Shown piece after piece: positions 1 through 9,798 of a DNA stretch of 64,000 nucleotides. The DNA lies in the NCBI GenBank assembly GCA_903845155.1, contig CAIMWN010000266.1, positions 3,517-67,516 on the forward strand, in the 5' to 3' direction. Source of the stretch: Oligoflexia bacterium (GTDB lineage Bacteria; Bdellovibrionota; UBA1018; CAIMNF01). How positions within the stretch are numbered: position 1 is the first letter of the stretch; each line of letters starts with the position of its first letter. A model generated the notes under the pieces. That model was not told the DNA's origin. It did not search any database and saw only the letters and a list, made by a program, of their open reading frames with translations. A program made the translations under genes and the position numbers.

Positions 1-98
1 ATAGCATAATCCAGTTAAAATTGAAGAAGCGATTGTGATTGCGAGGGGGTTAATATCTCATTTTAAACGATTAAAAATTGGCGCAGAGCTGAATTTTA

Positions 99-1661
99 TT
101 AAACGTTTGAGGTTCCGCTGACACGTCTTCTTTGGCGGTCGGGAAGCGCACTTTGCGGGTGAGTGAGTTTTGGACTTCGACTGGATTTGGAATTGTAGAT
201 TTGCAGGAAGGCCGGTAAGCCACGTTTTTGATCCCGCTCGTAGTCCTTTACCAGCAATAACCCCGCGTCAGTTTCAGACATGCCCAGGGAAAGCATAAAA
301 TGATAAAGCGATTCAGCTAAGGTATTGAGCGCAATACTGTGCGTTTCAGAATGCCGCTCAATCAAATATTGGTTGAGCCGCATGAATCGTTTAAAGGTGG
401 ACGTTCCAAAGGCCTCGTTAAAGTGGCTTGACTCCAAAATAAATTGAATGGTTTCAGGAAAGTTTCCGCTGTTGGCACATAAGTCCCAATATTTTGAAAA
501 CTTGGCCATGAGTTGAAGATCCTGAAAACTCAGATCGCGGTTTTTCAAGATTTGAAAGGGCTGAGTGTCTTCGTAAACCATCTCAAATTCTTGATCGTGC
601 CTTACGATAGGTGTTCCCTTGAGTCGTTTGAGGATGCCCACTTGTACTTCGTCTGGTTTCAGCGCGTAAAGTGCATCAAAACCCTTCCCAAAGCTTTCAA
701 GTGTTTCCCCCGGAAGTCCCACGATTAGATCCACATGCATGTGAACCCCCGTGTTTTGGCTTAAAAAACTGATGTTTTCAACAATAGAAGTATAGTTTTG
801 TCTCCGGCTTACATTCTTTGCCACCGCGGGATTCCAAGTTTGCACGCCGATTTCAAATTGAAGGGACCCCTTCGGGAATTGCACAATCAGTTCCCTCAGC
901 TCAAGAGGAAGTCGGTCAGGAACCATCTCAAAATGTAAAAACAAACCGAGATCAACCCGGGCAAGAAAAAACTTTAAAATATTTGTGCTGATCGAGGGAC
1001 TTAAATTAAAAGTGCGGTCGATAAATTTAAATTGGCGGGCACCACGGTCAATGAGGATTTGCATGTCAGTTAAAAATTTTTCGGTATTAAAATTTCTAAC
1101 TGACTGATCGAGTGATGAAAGGCAGTATTCGCATTTGTAAGGGCAACCTCGCGATGCTTCGACGTAGATGACTCTCGTTTGTATATCGTGGTCCGAGTAG
1201 TGTGGATAGGGAGATTCGATCATGTCAATTTTCGGGAGTTCAGCGGATAAGTATTTTTCTTGAGGAAGAATTTGTGAGGCCAAGTATTTTTTACAAAACT
1301 CATAAAACAAAAAATCGGATTCTCCCTTCAGTGTATAGTCTGAAATTTTACAAATAGTTTGAGTCTCAGATTCGAAACTCACTTCTGGCCCACCCACCAC
1401 CACAATGGTGTGAGGAGAGATTTTTTTGATGAGCCCTATGATCTCAAGTGTTTCGCTTGAATTCCAAATATACACGCCAAAACCCACAATTTTTGGGTTT
1501 AATTTTAGGAGTGTTTCAGCAATGTCTTTTGGATTTTGAGAAATGGTAAATTCCTTGATCACCGCCCGTGACTTCAAATCCCGAAGATTTGCATATAAAT
1601 AACGAAGCCCAAAAGACGCATGAGAATAGCGCGCGTTCAGAGTGCAAAGAACAATTTCCAT
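99..1661 (-). CDS. B12-binding-domain radical SAM protein, function unknown
   Basis: 520-aa ORF. CxxxCxxC radical-SAM cluster motif (GCPYKCEYC). N-terminal Rossmann-like segment typical of cobalamin-binding radical SAM enzymes. Confidence 0.75.
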   Translation of the reverse strand: MEIVLCTLNARYSHASFGLRYLYANLRDLKSRAVIKEFTISQNPKDIAETLLKLNPKIVGFGVYIWNSSETLEIIGLIKKISPHTIVVVGGPEVSFESETQTICKISDYTLKGESDFLFYEFCKKYLASQILPQEKYLSAELPKIDMIESPYPHYSDHDIQTRVIYVEASRGCPYKCEYCLSSLDQSVRNFNTEKFLTDMQILIDRGARQFKFIDRTFNLSPSISTNILKFFLARVDLGLFLHFEMVPDRLPLELRELIVQFPKGSLQFEIGVQTWNPAVAKNVSRRQNYTSIVENISFLSQNTGVHMHVDLIVGLPGETLESFGKGFDALYALKPDEVQVGILKRLKGTPIVRHDQEFEMVYEDTQPFQILKNRDLSFQDLQLMAKFSKYWDLCANSGNFPETIQFILESSHFNEAFGTSTFKRFMRLNQYLIERHSETHSIALNTLAESLYHFMLSLGMSETDAGLLLVKDYERDQKRGLPAFLQIYNSKSSRSPKLTHPQSALPDRQRRRVSGTSNV

Positions 1662-1663
1662 TT

Positions 1664-2017
1664 TTATTCCTCTGAAAAAACGTCGCTTTTAAGTCGATGG
1701 ATGAGTTCTTCGAAAACCTGTGGTGGAAGCAATCCCGGCTGTTCAAAAACAAGTTCACCATTTTTAAAAGCCATCACCGTAGGAATAGATCTTACTTGAA
1801 AAGCTTGGGCCAATTCAGTTGCTTGTTCCGTGTTTACTTTTCCGAAAAATACATCGGGATGAAGTTCGGCCATCGTTTCAAATAAGGGTGAAAATATTTT
1901 ACAGGGTTGGCACCATTCGGCCCAAAAATCCAGAATAACGAGGGGGTGGAGATCTACGATGGATTCAAAAGTTTCCATGGTCACCTCGTGAGTCTGAGAT
2001 TCGTCTTCGTTTTTCAT
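1664..2017 (-). CDS. thioredoxin
   Basis: WCQPC active-site motif (WAEWCQPCK). About 105-aa thioredoxin fold length. The true start may be the internal Met (METFES...) near 1978. Confidence 0.85.
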   Translation of the reverse strand: MKNEDESQTHEVTMETFESIVDLHPLVILDFWAEWCQPCKIFSPLFETMAELHPDVFFGKVNTEQATELAQAFQVRSIPTVMAFKNGELVFEQPGLLPPQVFEELIHRLKSDVFSEE

Positions 2018-2041
2018 AAGCTACCTATTTCTATTTCGTTC

Positions 2042-3013
2042 TTACTGACTGAAAAGCATTTGAAGCGTGGTCTGTCCAACGACCTTTAGAATATCGCGTG
2101 AAATGAATTCAGCGGTATCTTGATGCGTGTGCCACTCAGGAGGGAACATGCCGTTTTCCGTCATATAAATCAAGTCAATCATAGGAATTCCTGTATTAAC
2201 GGTCACGTAGTAATGGTCGTCAATGATGGGGCCGATTTGATAGGAAGGAAAAAAATCTTCATCTTTCAGTGCCGCTGCCGCCCGATGGAGTTTGTCATAC
2301 ACGAAAGCGGCATTTCGCATCGAGTAGCCTTCAATCGGAAAAACAGATCCTATTCTTCCCACCATGTCATAATTAATGCCGTATTCAGCATGGTATTTTG
2401 CTGGGATAGGGTTTTTAGCCCAATATTCTGAACCAAGGCAATATCCCTTACCGTCTCTTGCATTTCCCCAGTCCTCAGCATCCCAAAAAGCGAGGTCGAT
2501 TCCGAAATCGGATTTCACATTTTGCATGGCCTTGGCAATGGTGAGTAGAACCGCGACGCCACTTCCGCCATCATTCGTTCCCAGAATTGGTTTTGTTTTG
2601 TCCTTTTTGTCTTCATCAGCAAAGGGCCGGTTGTCCCAGTGTGCTGACAAGAGGTAGCGAGTTTTTGCAGTTGGATTGATTTGAGCGATGATATTCCGAA
2701 CGGGAATGGTTTTGCCGTCGTAAGTTTTTGCAGTGGTCGTTTGTTCCAGTACGCTAGTGTCCCATCTTTTCAGTTCGCTGATGATCCAGTTACCTGCTTT
2801 TTGATGTGCGCTCGTGCCCGGAACCTTTGGACCAAAAGCTTCGTAACTGTGAATGACCTCAAAAGAATAATTCTCGTCAAAAGTGGGCACTTTTGAGACT
2901 TCTTGCTTAGATTCAAGTGGTTGAGCATTTTTTAAATTCGCGTTGGGGCCGCTACAGGAAAAGTCGCAACCACTGAGAAGTAAGATGAGGAGTGTGGATA
3001 AAGTAGATTTCAT
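2042..3013 (-). CDS. M28-family zinc aminopeptidase lipoprotein
   Basis: Lipobox LLSGC after MKSTLSTLLILL. HWDNRP...DGGSGVAVLL...DAEDWG metal-ligand pattern of M28 peptidases. The start was moved to the Met at 3013, giving an ATGA overlap with the upstream gene. Confidence 0.7.
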   Translation of the reverse strand: MKSTLSTLLILLLSGCDFSCSGPNANLKNAQPLESKQEVSKVPTFDENYSFEVIHSYEAFGPKVPGTSAHQKAGNWIISELKRWDTSVLEQTTTAKTYDGKTIPVRNIIAQINPTAKTRYLLSAHWDNRPFADEDKKDKTKPILGTNDGGSGVAVLLTIAKAMQNVKSDFGIDLAFWDAEDWGNARDGKGYCLGSEYWAKNPIPAKYHAEYGINYDMVGRIGSVFPIEGYSMRNAAFVYDKLHRAAAALKDEDFFPSYQIGPIIDDHYYVTVNTGIPMIDLIYMTENGMFPPEWHTHQDTAEFISRDILKVVGQTTLQMLFSQ

Positions 3014-3483
3014 ATGCCCGCCGGTTTGTAGTAGCCAATGACCCACGAAAATACCCACATGGGCCCAATGAAGAGATGCTCAATGGTGGTCAAGAATGCT
3101 GGAGATTTTTTTTCGTATTGATAATGGCCAAAGAGTTGAAAAGTCCATCCAATCACTTGAATTGCGGTAAGGATACTTAAGGAGAGGTGGCGAGAAAGTA
3201 AGTAATTGAAATAGAGACAAAGAACGAAGGGAATTCCCAGTTTGAAGTCAATTTTCAAAGCAAAAATGGATCCGGCTAAAAAGAGAATGAGCCCGAGGTC
3301 GATTCTAAATAGGGACTCAGGTGACGGTGCCCATAAAAAGACATGACTGAGTAGTCCCAAAAGACTGAACACGACGAGGGGGACGCCCACCAAATGTGTT
3401 TTTTTATTACCATTGGTTTGGTGATATTGTTCGTAGTCCTTGAAATAAATCATCAATGCGGACGAAGGCAGAGTGGTCATCAT
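3010..3483 (-). CDS. DUF962 / Mpo1-like four-TM membrane protein
   Basis: N-terminus YHQTNGNKKTHLVGVPLVVFSLLGLL and FGHYQYEKKSPAF...IGPMWV match the conserved DUF962 pattern. About 155 aa with 4 predicted TM helices. Confidence 0.5.
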   Translation of the reverse strand: MMTTLPSSALMIYFKDYEQYHQTNGNKKTHLVGVPLVVFSLLGLLSHVFLWAPSPESLFRIDLGLILFLAGSIFALKIDFKLGIPFVLCLYFNYLLSRHLSLSILTAIQVIGWTFQLFGHYQYEKKSPAFLTTIEHLFIGPMWVFSWVIGYYKPAGI

Positions 3484-3604
3484 TGATTGATTGTAACGAA
3501 GGAATGAACCCTGGGCAAGCGAGGCTTATTTGGCTTGTAACGCGCCGCCGCTTTCAAACCTTTTCTTGCTTAAAACACCGTACATCCAGTAAGTTATTTG
3601 GATC

Positions 3605-6295
3605 ATGAAGGCAGCTCAAATTAGATCCAGTTTTTTAGAATATTTTAAGAAAAATGCACATACTGTTGTCGAGAGTTCCTCACTGGTTCCCTCCAACGAC
3701 CCCACGTTGATGTTTACCACTGCGGGTATGGTTCAGTTTAAAGACGTGTTCTTAGGTAAGGATCCTCGTCCTTACACTCGGGCTACCACCTCGCAAAAAT
3801 GTGTTCGCGCAGGTGGTAAGCATAACGACCTGGAAAATGTGGGATTTACCGCCCGCCACCATACTTTTTTTGAAATGCTCGGGAATTTCTCTTTTGGAGA
3901 TTATTTTAAGAAAGATGCCATTCACTTTGCCTGGGAATTCATTACTCAAGAATTGAAGATGCCCAAAGATAAGCTTTATGTCACCGTCTTCGAAACAGAC
4001 GATGAAGCAGCAGATATTTGGCACAAACAAGAAGGTGTTGCGCTGGACCGCATTTATCGTCTCGGTAAAAAGGATAATTTTTGGTCAATGGGCGACACTG
4101 GTCCCTGCGGCCCCTGCACTGAAATTTATTTTGATCGCGGTGAAGCATACGGAAGCGGAGATTTTTTAACCAACGTCAATGCAGGCACTGATCGATACAT
4201 GGAGTTCTGGAACTTGGTGTTCATGCAGTATGATCGAGATTCAAGTGGAAAACTAAACCCACTGCCAAAACCATCGGTCGACACGGGTGCCGGTCTTGAG
4301 CGTATTTCATCCATTCTTCAAAATGTTCCGACCAACTACGATATTGATCTTTTTACCACCATTATTGATAAAACTGCGCAATTAGCGAATAAAGTTTATG
4401 CGCCAAAGTTAGATCCGAAATTAAATGATGAATCGGTGTTTTCGTTTCGTGTGGTTGCCGATCACTCACGCGCTACTACCTTTTTAATTGGGGATGGCGT
4501 CATGCCTTCCAATGAAGGTCGCGGATACGTACTCAGACGAATCATGAGAAGAGCGATTCGTCACGGGCGCAAGCTCGGATTCGATGGACCCTTTCTTCAT
4601 AAGACTTGTGGCTTTGTGATCGAGCAAATGAAAGATGCTTATCCTGATCTCGTCGAGAAAAAGGCATTCATCGAACGAGCGGTCTTAGCTGAAGAAGAAC
4701 AGTTTTTCAAAACACTCGATCGCGGTTTGGGACTGCTGGATGAAGAGCTCGCCAAGCTCAGCAAAAGCCCTGGCAAAAAAGTATTAAACGGTACCATTGC
4801 GTTTACACTCTACGATACTTTTGGATTCCCACTCGACCTCACGCGCACGATCTGTGATGAACGTGGAATTGAGCTCGATGAAAAAGGCTTTGAAGTGTCG
4901 ATGGAAAAACAACGTGAAGAATCGCGTAAGCACTGGAAGGGAACGGGCGACCAAGTTCTCGATGGTCAATGGTTTCAGCTCGTGGATCAATTTAAGAAAG
5001 CAGGAAAACTGCCTGAATTCGTGGGTTATGAGCATAGCGAAGCCAAGGGTGAGGCCCTCGCTGTCATTCCTTCACAAAGTGAACAAGGCGAAGTTACGCT
5101 TGCGATTTTCTCAAAAACGCCATTTTACGGTGAATCCGGCGGACAAACGGGTGACCAGGGTTGGGTGCGGTCCGTGAATGGTGATTTTGAGGCAGAAGTG
5201 CTCGACGCTCAAAGGCCAGTTCCTGAACTCATTGTGGCTCATCTCAAAGTTAAAAAGGGAGTACTCAAAGTTGGCGATCAAGTGGTTCAGCGCGTGAGTG
5301 ATGAAATCCGTTCTCTGACGGCGAGAAATCACACCGCAACCCATTTGCTACATTGGGCGCTCCGTGAAGTGCTGGGTAAACACGTGAAGCAGGCCGGCTC
5401 ACTCGTAACGCCTGCTCTTTTACGCTTTGATTTTTCGCATTTTCAAGCCATGACTCAAGATGAGCTCACTCAAATTGAAAACATGATTAATGAGAAAATT
5501 TGGAAAAATGACCAAGTCAAGAAACAAGTCATGAGTAAAGATGAAGCTATCCAGGCCGGAGCAATTGCATTCTTCGGTGAAAAGTATGGTAACGAGGTTA
5601 GGGTTATTCAAGTGGGTGAATATTCGACTGAGCTCTGCGGTGGCACTCACGTCGATCAAAGTTCTGACCTTCACTTATTCAAGATTTCATCTGAAAGTGG
5701 AATCGCGGCCGGCGTGAGAAGAATCATTGCCTATACATCAAAGGGTGCATTTGAATATTTGCGCAAACAAGATGAAAAATTAAAAGGCATTCGTGATCAG
5801 CTCAAGGCCTCCACAGTCGATGAGATCTCAAATAAAATTGACCGTTTGTTTTCGGACGAACGTGAGCTGAAGAAACAAGTCGAAAAACTGCAATCAGCGG
5901 AGCAAGGTATTGAGATTGAAACGCTTCTTTCAAAAGTGGAAACACTGCAAACCGCAAATGGCGCTGTAAAAGTAATTTCTGGATTGGCCGCAGATTCAGT
6001 AGATGGAATGAAGAAACTGCGCGAGATGGCGGACAAGCTCAAACAAAGGGAGCCTTCGTCGATCGTCATTTTGGGAATTAAAGAACCTGAGACTCAAAAG
6101 CCATTTTTAATTGTAGCAGTTGGCCCGCAAGTAAAGGGGATTTCGGCGGGTGATGTGATTAAAGCAAGCGCGGATAAATTCGGTGGCAAGGGTGGTGGTA
6201 AACCTGACTTCGCCCAGGCGGGTGGAACGAATGCTGCAGGACTTCAAGATGCAGTGGTAACCGCAAAAACTTTTGTGGTTGAACGTTTGAAATAA
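3605..6295 (+). CDS. alaS: alanine--tRNA ligase
   Basis: 896 aa. Class II aaRS motifs and editing-domain HxxxH...CGGTH (TATHLLHWALREV...ELCGGTHV). C-terminal DHHA1-like GGGKPDFAQAGG. Confidence 0.95.
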   Translation: MKAAQIRSSFLEYFKKNAHTVVESSSLVPSNDPTLMFTTAGMVQFKDVFLGKDPRPYTRATTSQKCVRAGGKHNDLENVGFTARHHTFFEMLGNFSFGDYFKKDAIHFAWEFITQELKMPKDKLYVTVFETDDEAADIWHKQEGVALDRIYRLGKKDNFWSMGDTGPCGPCTEIYFDRGEAYGSGDFLTNVNAGTDRYMEFWNLVFMQYDRDSSGKLNPLPKPSVDTGAGLERISSILQNVPTNYDIDLFTTIIDKTAQLANKVYAPKLDPKLNDESVFSFRVVADHSRATTFLIGDGVMPSNEGRGYVLRRIMRRAIRHGRKLGFDGPFLHKTCGFVIEQMKDAYPDLVEKKAFIERAVLAEEEQFFKTLDRGLGLLDEELAKLSKSPGKKVLNGTIAFTLYDTFGFPLDLTRTICDERGIELDEKGFEVSMEKQREESRKHWKGTGDQVLDGQWFQLVDQFKKAGKLPEFVGYEHSEAKGEALAVIPSQSEQGEVTLAIFSKTPFYGESGGQTGDQGWVRSVNGDFEAEVLDAQRPVPELIVAHLKVKKGVLKVGDQVVQRVSDEIRSLTARNHTATHLLHWALREVLGKHVKQAGSLVTPALLRFDFSHFQAMTQDELTQIENMINEKIWKNDQVKKQVMSKDEAIQAGAIAFFGEKYGNEVRVIQVGEYSTELCGGTHVDQSSDLHLFKISSESGIAAGVRRIIAYTSKGAFEYLRKQDEKLKGIRDQLKASTVDEISNKIDRLFSDERELKKQVEKLQSAEQGIEIETLLSKVETLQTANGAVKVISGLAADSVDGMKKLREMADKLKQREPSSIVILGIKEPETQKPFLIVAVGPQVKGISAGDVIKASADKFGGKGGGKPDFAQAGGTNAAGLQDAVVTAKTFVVERLK

Positions 6296-6308
6296 GGAAA
6301 GGAAAATC

Positions 6309-8096
6309 ATGAAGCCAATTAGACTTCGTATTCTCGTAATAGCCGGCCTTGCAATTTCTATTGCGGCTTTCAGTGGATGTACCAATAAAAACGGAAATAA
6401 TGCCAATGTGCTCCGCGTGGGCTTGAAAGATGATGTTAAAACTCTCGATCCTGCTAATGCTTATGATTCGGTAGCGGCGGAAGTTCTCCCTAATATTTAC
6501 GATACTTTTCTTCAGTATAAGTATTTAGAAGATCAAATGACTCTAGAGCCTTTACTTGCAGATGGAATGCCCGAGTATTCAAAAGATGGTCTCACTGTAA
6601 CGGTAAAACTGAAAAAAGGTGTCCTGTTCCAAGATGATCCATGTTTCAAAGCGAACGGCGGCAAGGGCCGTGAATTAAAAGCTCAGGATTTTATCTTCGC
6701 TTTCAAGCGTCTAGCGATTCCAAGCATTCAGTCACAAGGCGCATGGGTGTTTGAAGGAAAGTTAGTGGGCTTTAATGAGTTCGAAAAATCTTTGGCGCAA
6801 GCCAAGGGCGATGAGTATCAAAAACTATTTGATGCGGGAATTTCAGGTGTAGTGGCTAAAGATGACTATACAATTGAGCTTAAGCTGACTCAGCCGTACC
6901 CGATTTTGAATTATATTTTGGCGATGTCGTTTACCTCGCCCATTCCAAAAGAATCGGTGGACATGTACGCAGACAAAGATGGGAACCTTCGTGACCACCC
7001 CGTTGGAACTGGCCCCTATACTTTGAAGAGTTGGGAAACCAATCAAAAAATTATTCTCGTAAAAAACCCTAACTTTAAGGGAACCTATCCTTCAGTGTCT
7101 GGTTCTGAAGCGTTGAAAGGTGCTGGCTTTCTTACCGATGCAGGAAAAGCGCTTCCCTTTATTGAAACGCTGCAATTTGAAGTGATCAAAGAAGATCAAC
7201 CCCGGATTCTTAAATTTGAAAAAGGCGATCTCGATACTTTTGAACTCAGTAAAGATAGCTTTCGTGCATCCATGGCCGATGCAACCCATTTGAATGATGA
7301 TCTGGTTAAAAAAGACGTGGTAGCCGAACACGAGAACTCATTGGTGACTACCTGGGTTGGGTTTAATATGAAGGACAAAATTCTTCAAAATAAATATCTT
7401 CGCCAGGCCCTTTCGTCCGCCATTGATCGTGAAAAATGGATTGATACATTCGAAAAATACATGGGCGAAAAACAAACAGAAATGTGCCCTACGGGACTTG
7501 CAGATCGTGTGGAGAGCAAAGCCATTAAATATGATCTGAATTTAGCGCGAGCAAAAGAGTTAATGGTCAAGGCCGGCTATCCAGAAGGAAAGGGACTCCC
7601 GACCCTCAATATGGATTTCCGAGGAGTGGAAACTCGTTATCGTCAAATGGGTGAATTTTTTGTTCAGCAATTTGGTGCAATCGGCGTGAAAGTAAATGTA
7701 ATCCTCAATACCTTCCCCTCTTATTTAGAAAAAGCGAAGCAGGGTAATTTACAAGTCTCCTATGGTAGTTGGGTGTTTGATTACCCCGATATCGAAAATG
7801 GATACCAATTGCTTTATGGTCCTAACAAATCGCCAGGCCCCAACGATTCAAACTGGGAAAACTCCCAATATGATGCTCTTTATAAAAAACTAGCGATCAT
7901 TCCTGCAGGTTCAAAAGACCGGCAGCAGTTGGCGAAGCAGATGGAAGATATTATTCAAGAAGAGGCTCCTTGGGCCTATGGTTACTTCAAGAAGACTTAC
8001 CGTCTAAGGCAGGGGAAAGTTAAAAACTTCCGTGTAGTAGAGTCAATTGCCAATAAGTACAAGTATATGCGTTTGGAGCAAGTTACAAAAAAATAG
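6309..8096 (+). CDS. ABC transporter substrate-binding lipoprotein, family 5 (peptide/nickel type)
   Basis: Lipobox AFSGC. The ~590-aa length and sequence character resemble OppA/DppA-like solute-binding proteins. No permease gene is adjacent. Confidence 0.65.
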   Translation: MKPIRLRILVIAGLAISIAAFSGCTNKNGNNANVLRVGLKDDVKTLDPANAYDSVAAEVLPNIYDTFLQYKYLEDQMTLEPLLADGMPEYSKDGLTVTVKLKKGVLFQDDPCFKANGGKGRELKAQDFIFAFKRLAIPSIQSQGAWVFEGKLVGFNEFEKSLAQAKGDEYQKLFDAGISGVVAKDDYTIELKLTQPYPILNYILAMSFTSPIPKESVDMYADKDGNLRDHPVGTGPYTLKSWETNQKIILVKNPNFKGTYPSVSGSEALKGAGFLTDAGKALPFIETLQFEVIKEDQPRILKFEKGDLDTFELSKDSFRASMADATHLNDDLVKKDVVAEHENSLVTTWVGFNMKDKILQNKYLRQALSSAIDREKWIDTFEKYMGEKQTEMCPTGLADRVESKAIKYDLNLARAKELMVKAGYPEGKGLPTLNMDFRGVETRYRQMGEFFVQQFGAIGVKVNVILNTFPSYLEKAKQGNLQVSYGSWVFDYPDIENGYQLLYGPNKSPGPNDSNWENSQYDALYKKLAIIPAGSKDRQQLAKQMEDIIQEEAPWAYGYFKKTYRLRQGKVKNFRVVESIANKYKYMRLEQVTKK

Positions 8097-8145
8097 TCAA
8101 TCTTCTGACTAAAGTTTAGACGTTCAATAGCCGAAAGGAATACTA

Positions 8146-8406
8146 ATGAGTATTCGTTTTTGGCTGCTATTTAGTTTATGCAGTTATGTTATGCCTGCGA
8201 GTGCATCGACTCGGAACCCAAATGGTTCTGAGCGTTCACTTTTGTATTGGCGTTACTTATGCGAAAATCTGCCACAGACGGAAAATGTGCAAGGTAATAC
8301 GCGTGAGTTTTCATGCCCCTCCCTCAATTGGAAGGTGCGCACTCAATATAATTCACAATTAAAGGAAGAATCGGTTCGGGAGGTCACTGAAAATGACAGC
8401 CATTAA
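8146..8406 (+). CDS. small secreted protein, unknown; carries RNPNGSERSLLYWRY motif
   Basis: Signal peptide MSIRFWLLFSLCSYVMPASAST. Overlaps the next gene start by 14 nt. Confidence 0.45.
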   Translation: MSIRFWLLFSLCSYVMPASASTRNPNGSERSLLYWRYLCENLPQTENVQGNTREFSCPSLNWKVRTQYNSQLKEESVREVTENDSH

Positions 8407-9343
8407 ACTTGTTGTTCTTCTCTCCCTCGTGACTTCGTGTAGTCCGGTTCTTTCAAAGAGAACGGATGAGCAAGCGTGGAACGATTATCAACGAGACTTA
8501 AAGCTCCGCCGCGAGCCTGCATCCAGCTCCGCCGACAGTAAAAAAACGCCTACCATTAAGTCTTCAGATTCTCTCTTACAGTTAAAGTCGCTTCTCGCTG
8601 TTGCACCAGTGAGAAAAATTCTCTTGTCATGTTTAGGCTCTGAGCAAATGCCGGCATGTTACCAGGCTAAGTTGACTTTGCAATTTGACGAAGCCTATAG
8701 AAAAACAGCCCTACCCAATGATGCTACTTACAAAACCGAACAAAAAAACTTTTTTCAGGAACGATCCTTTGAAAATGTATCCAATGAAGTACGCGAATTT
8801 CATCAACTGTTGTTGTCTGGAATGGATTTAAGAGCAGCGGATCACATCCGTGAACTTTACGCAGATTGCGAGTATTCATCTAAAGATCAAACTGTAAATC
8901 TGGAATTTAAACCATTCTTGGCCAGTAATAGTTATATTCCAAAAAATGATTATGCTTGTATCAATTCAAACTGGGATCAAAACGAAAGTAAGTTGCTGAG
9001 TGAAACCACCAGTCGTCTAGGGCTCATTATTGAAACAGTGGAAGCACAAAATTGGATCATGCAAATGAATATTTTTCCTGTGTATGTTCAAGAGCTGAAC
9101 GCCTTGCTTGCGAAAAAATCCAATGATGAACAGAATTCGTGGAACAACAACAGTAGCGAGATTAGAGAAAAAATAAAACCTTCGAATGAGTTATTGAAGC
9201 GTGGCCCCGGTGAATGTGTTGCCCAGACGCTGAAAAAATGGACACCTATACTGCGCATGGGGTACGCACACTTTCCTGTGGAAATTCCCTTAACTGAGCT
9301 TGCAAATACTTGGTGCAGCCCTACTCATTTGAGTAAAAAATGA
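8393..9343 (+). CDS. lipoprotein, unknown function
   Basis: Lipobox LVTSC. 316 aa. ATGA overlap with the next gene. Confidence 0.5.
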   Translation: MTAIKLVVLLSLVTSCSPVLSKRTDEQAWNDYQRDLKLRREPASSSADSKKTPTIKSSDSLLQLKSLLAVAPVRKILLSCLGSEQMPACYQAKLTLQFDEAYRKTALPNDATYKTEQKNFFQERSFENVSNEVREFHQLLLSGMDLRAADHIRELYADCEYSSKDQTVNLEFKPFLASNSYIPKNDYACINSNWDQNESKLLSETTSRLGLIIETVEAQNWIMQMNIFPVYVQELNALLAKKSNDEQNSWNNNSSEIREKIKPSNELLKRGPGECVAQTLKKWTPILRMGYAHFPVEIPLTELANTWCSPTHLSKK

Positions 9344-9798
9344 AATACCTTTTTACACCCTTGCTGCTGATCGCGCTCAACTCCTGTACCAAGAATGCCG
9401 TGACAGCGGTCAGTGTTTCTGATGAAACCCATCTTAAACAAACAAAAATTCAGTTGGTGGGGGATCTAAAGCAAAAGGGCGTTTTTGATTCAATGCAGGC
9501 ATCATCCATTAACAGTCTTTACGAAGTGGTGACAAGCAAACAGGGTGAAAAATATTTTATTAAAGGTGGATTAGTAGTCAGTAGCAGCCGTAATCCCAAG
9601 GAGAGTGAAAGCACGCTTCTTTATTGGCGATACCGGTTTCAAGGTAAGGGGTACCGAGAAATAGATGTTCAGAGCGACAAGCCCGACCCTCACGTGCATT
9701 TACTGAAGCAAGTATTCTGTGATGCTTTGGGCATGGGGGTAATTTTCAATCCGGAAACAGAAAGAGTAACGAGGGTGTTTTATTATGAAACACCATAA
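9340..9798 (+). CDS. lipoprotein, unknown; carries RNPKESESTLLYWRY motif
   Basis: Lipobox ALNSC. 152 aa. Shares a 15-aa motif with the 8146 ORF. Overlaps the next gene by 14 nt. Confidence 0.5.
   Translation: MKYLFTPLLLIALNSCTKNAVTAVSVSDETHLKQTKIQLVGDLKQKGVFDSMQASSINSLYEVVTSKQGEKYFIKGGLVVSSSRNPKESESTLLYWRYRFQGKGYREIDVQSDKPDPHVHLLKQVFCDALGMGVIFNPETERVTRVFYYETP

Noticed and set aside
1516-1761. 81-aa ORF overlapping the radical SAM gene and the trx gene
   Set aside because: It overlaps two well-supported genes on the same strand in another frame. It is Cys/Phe/Ser-rich and looks like junk.
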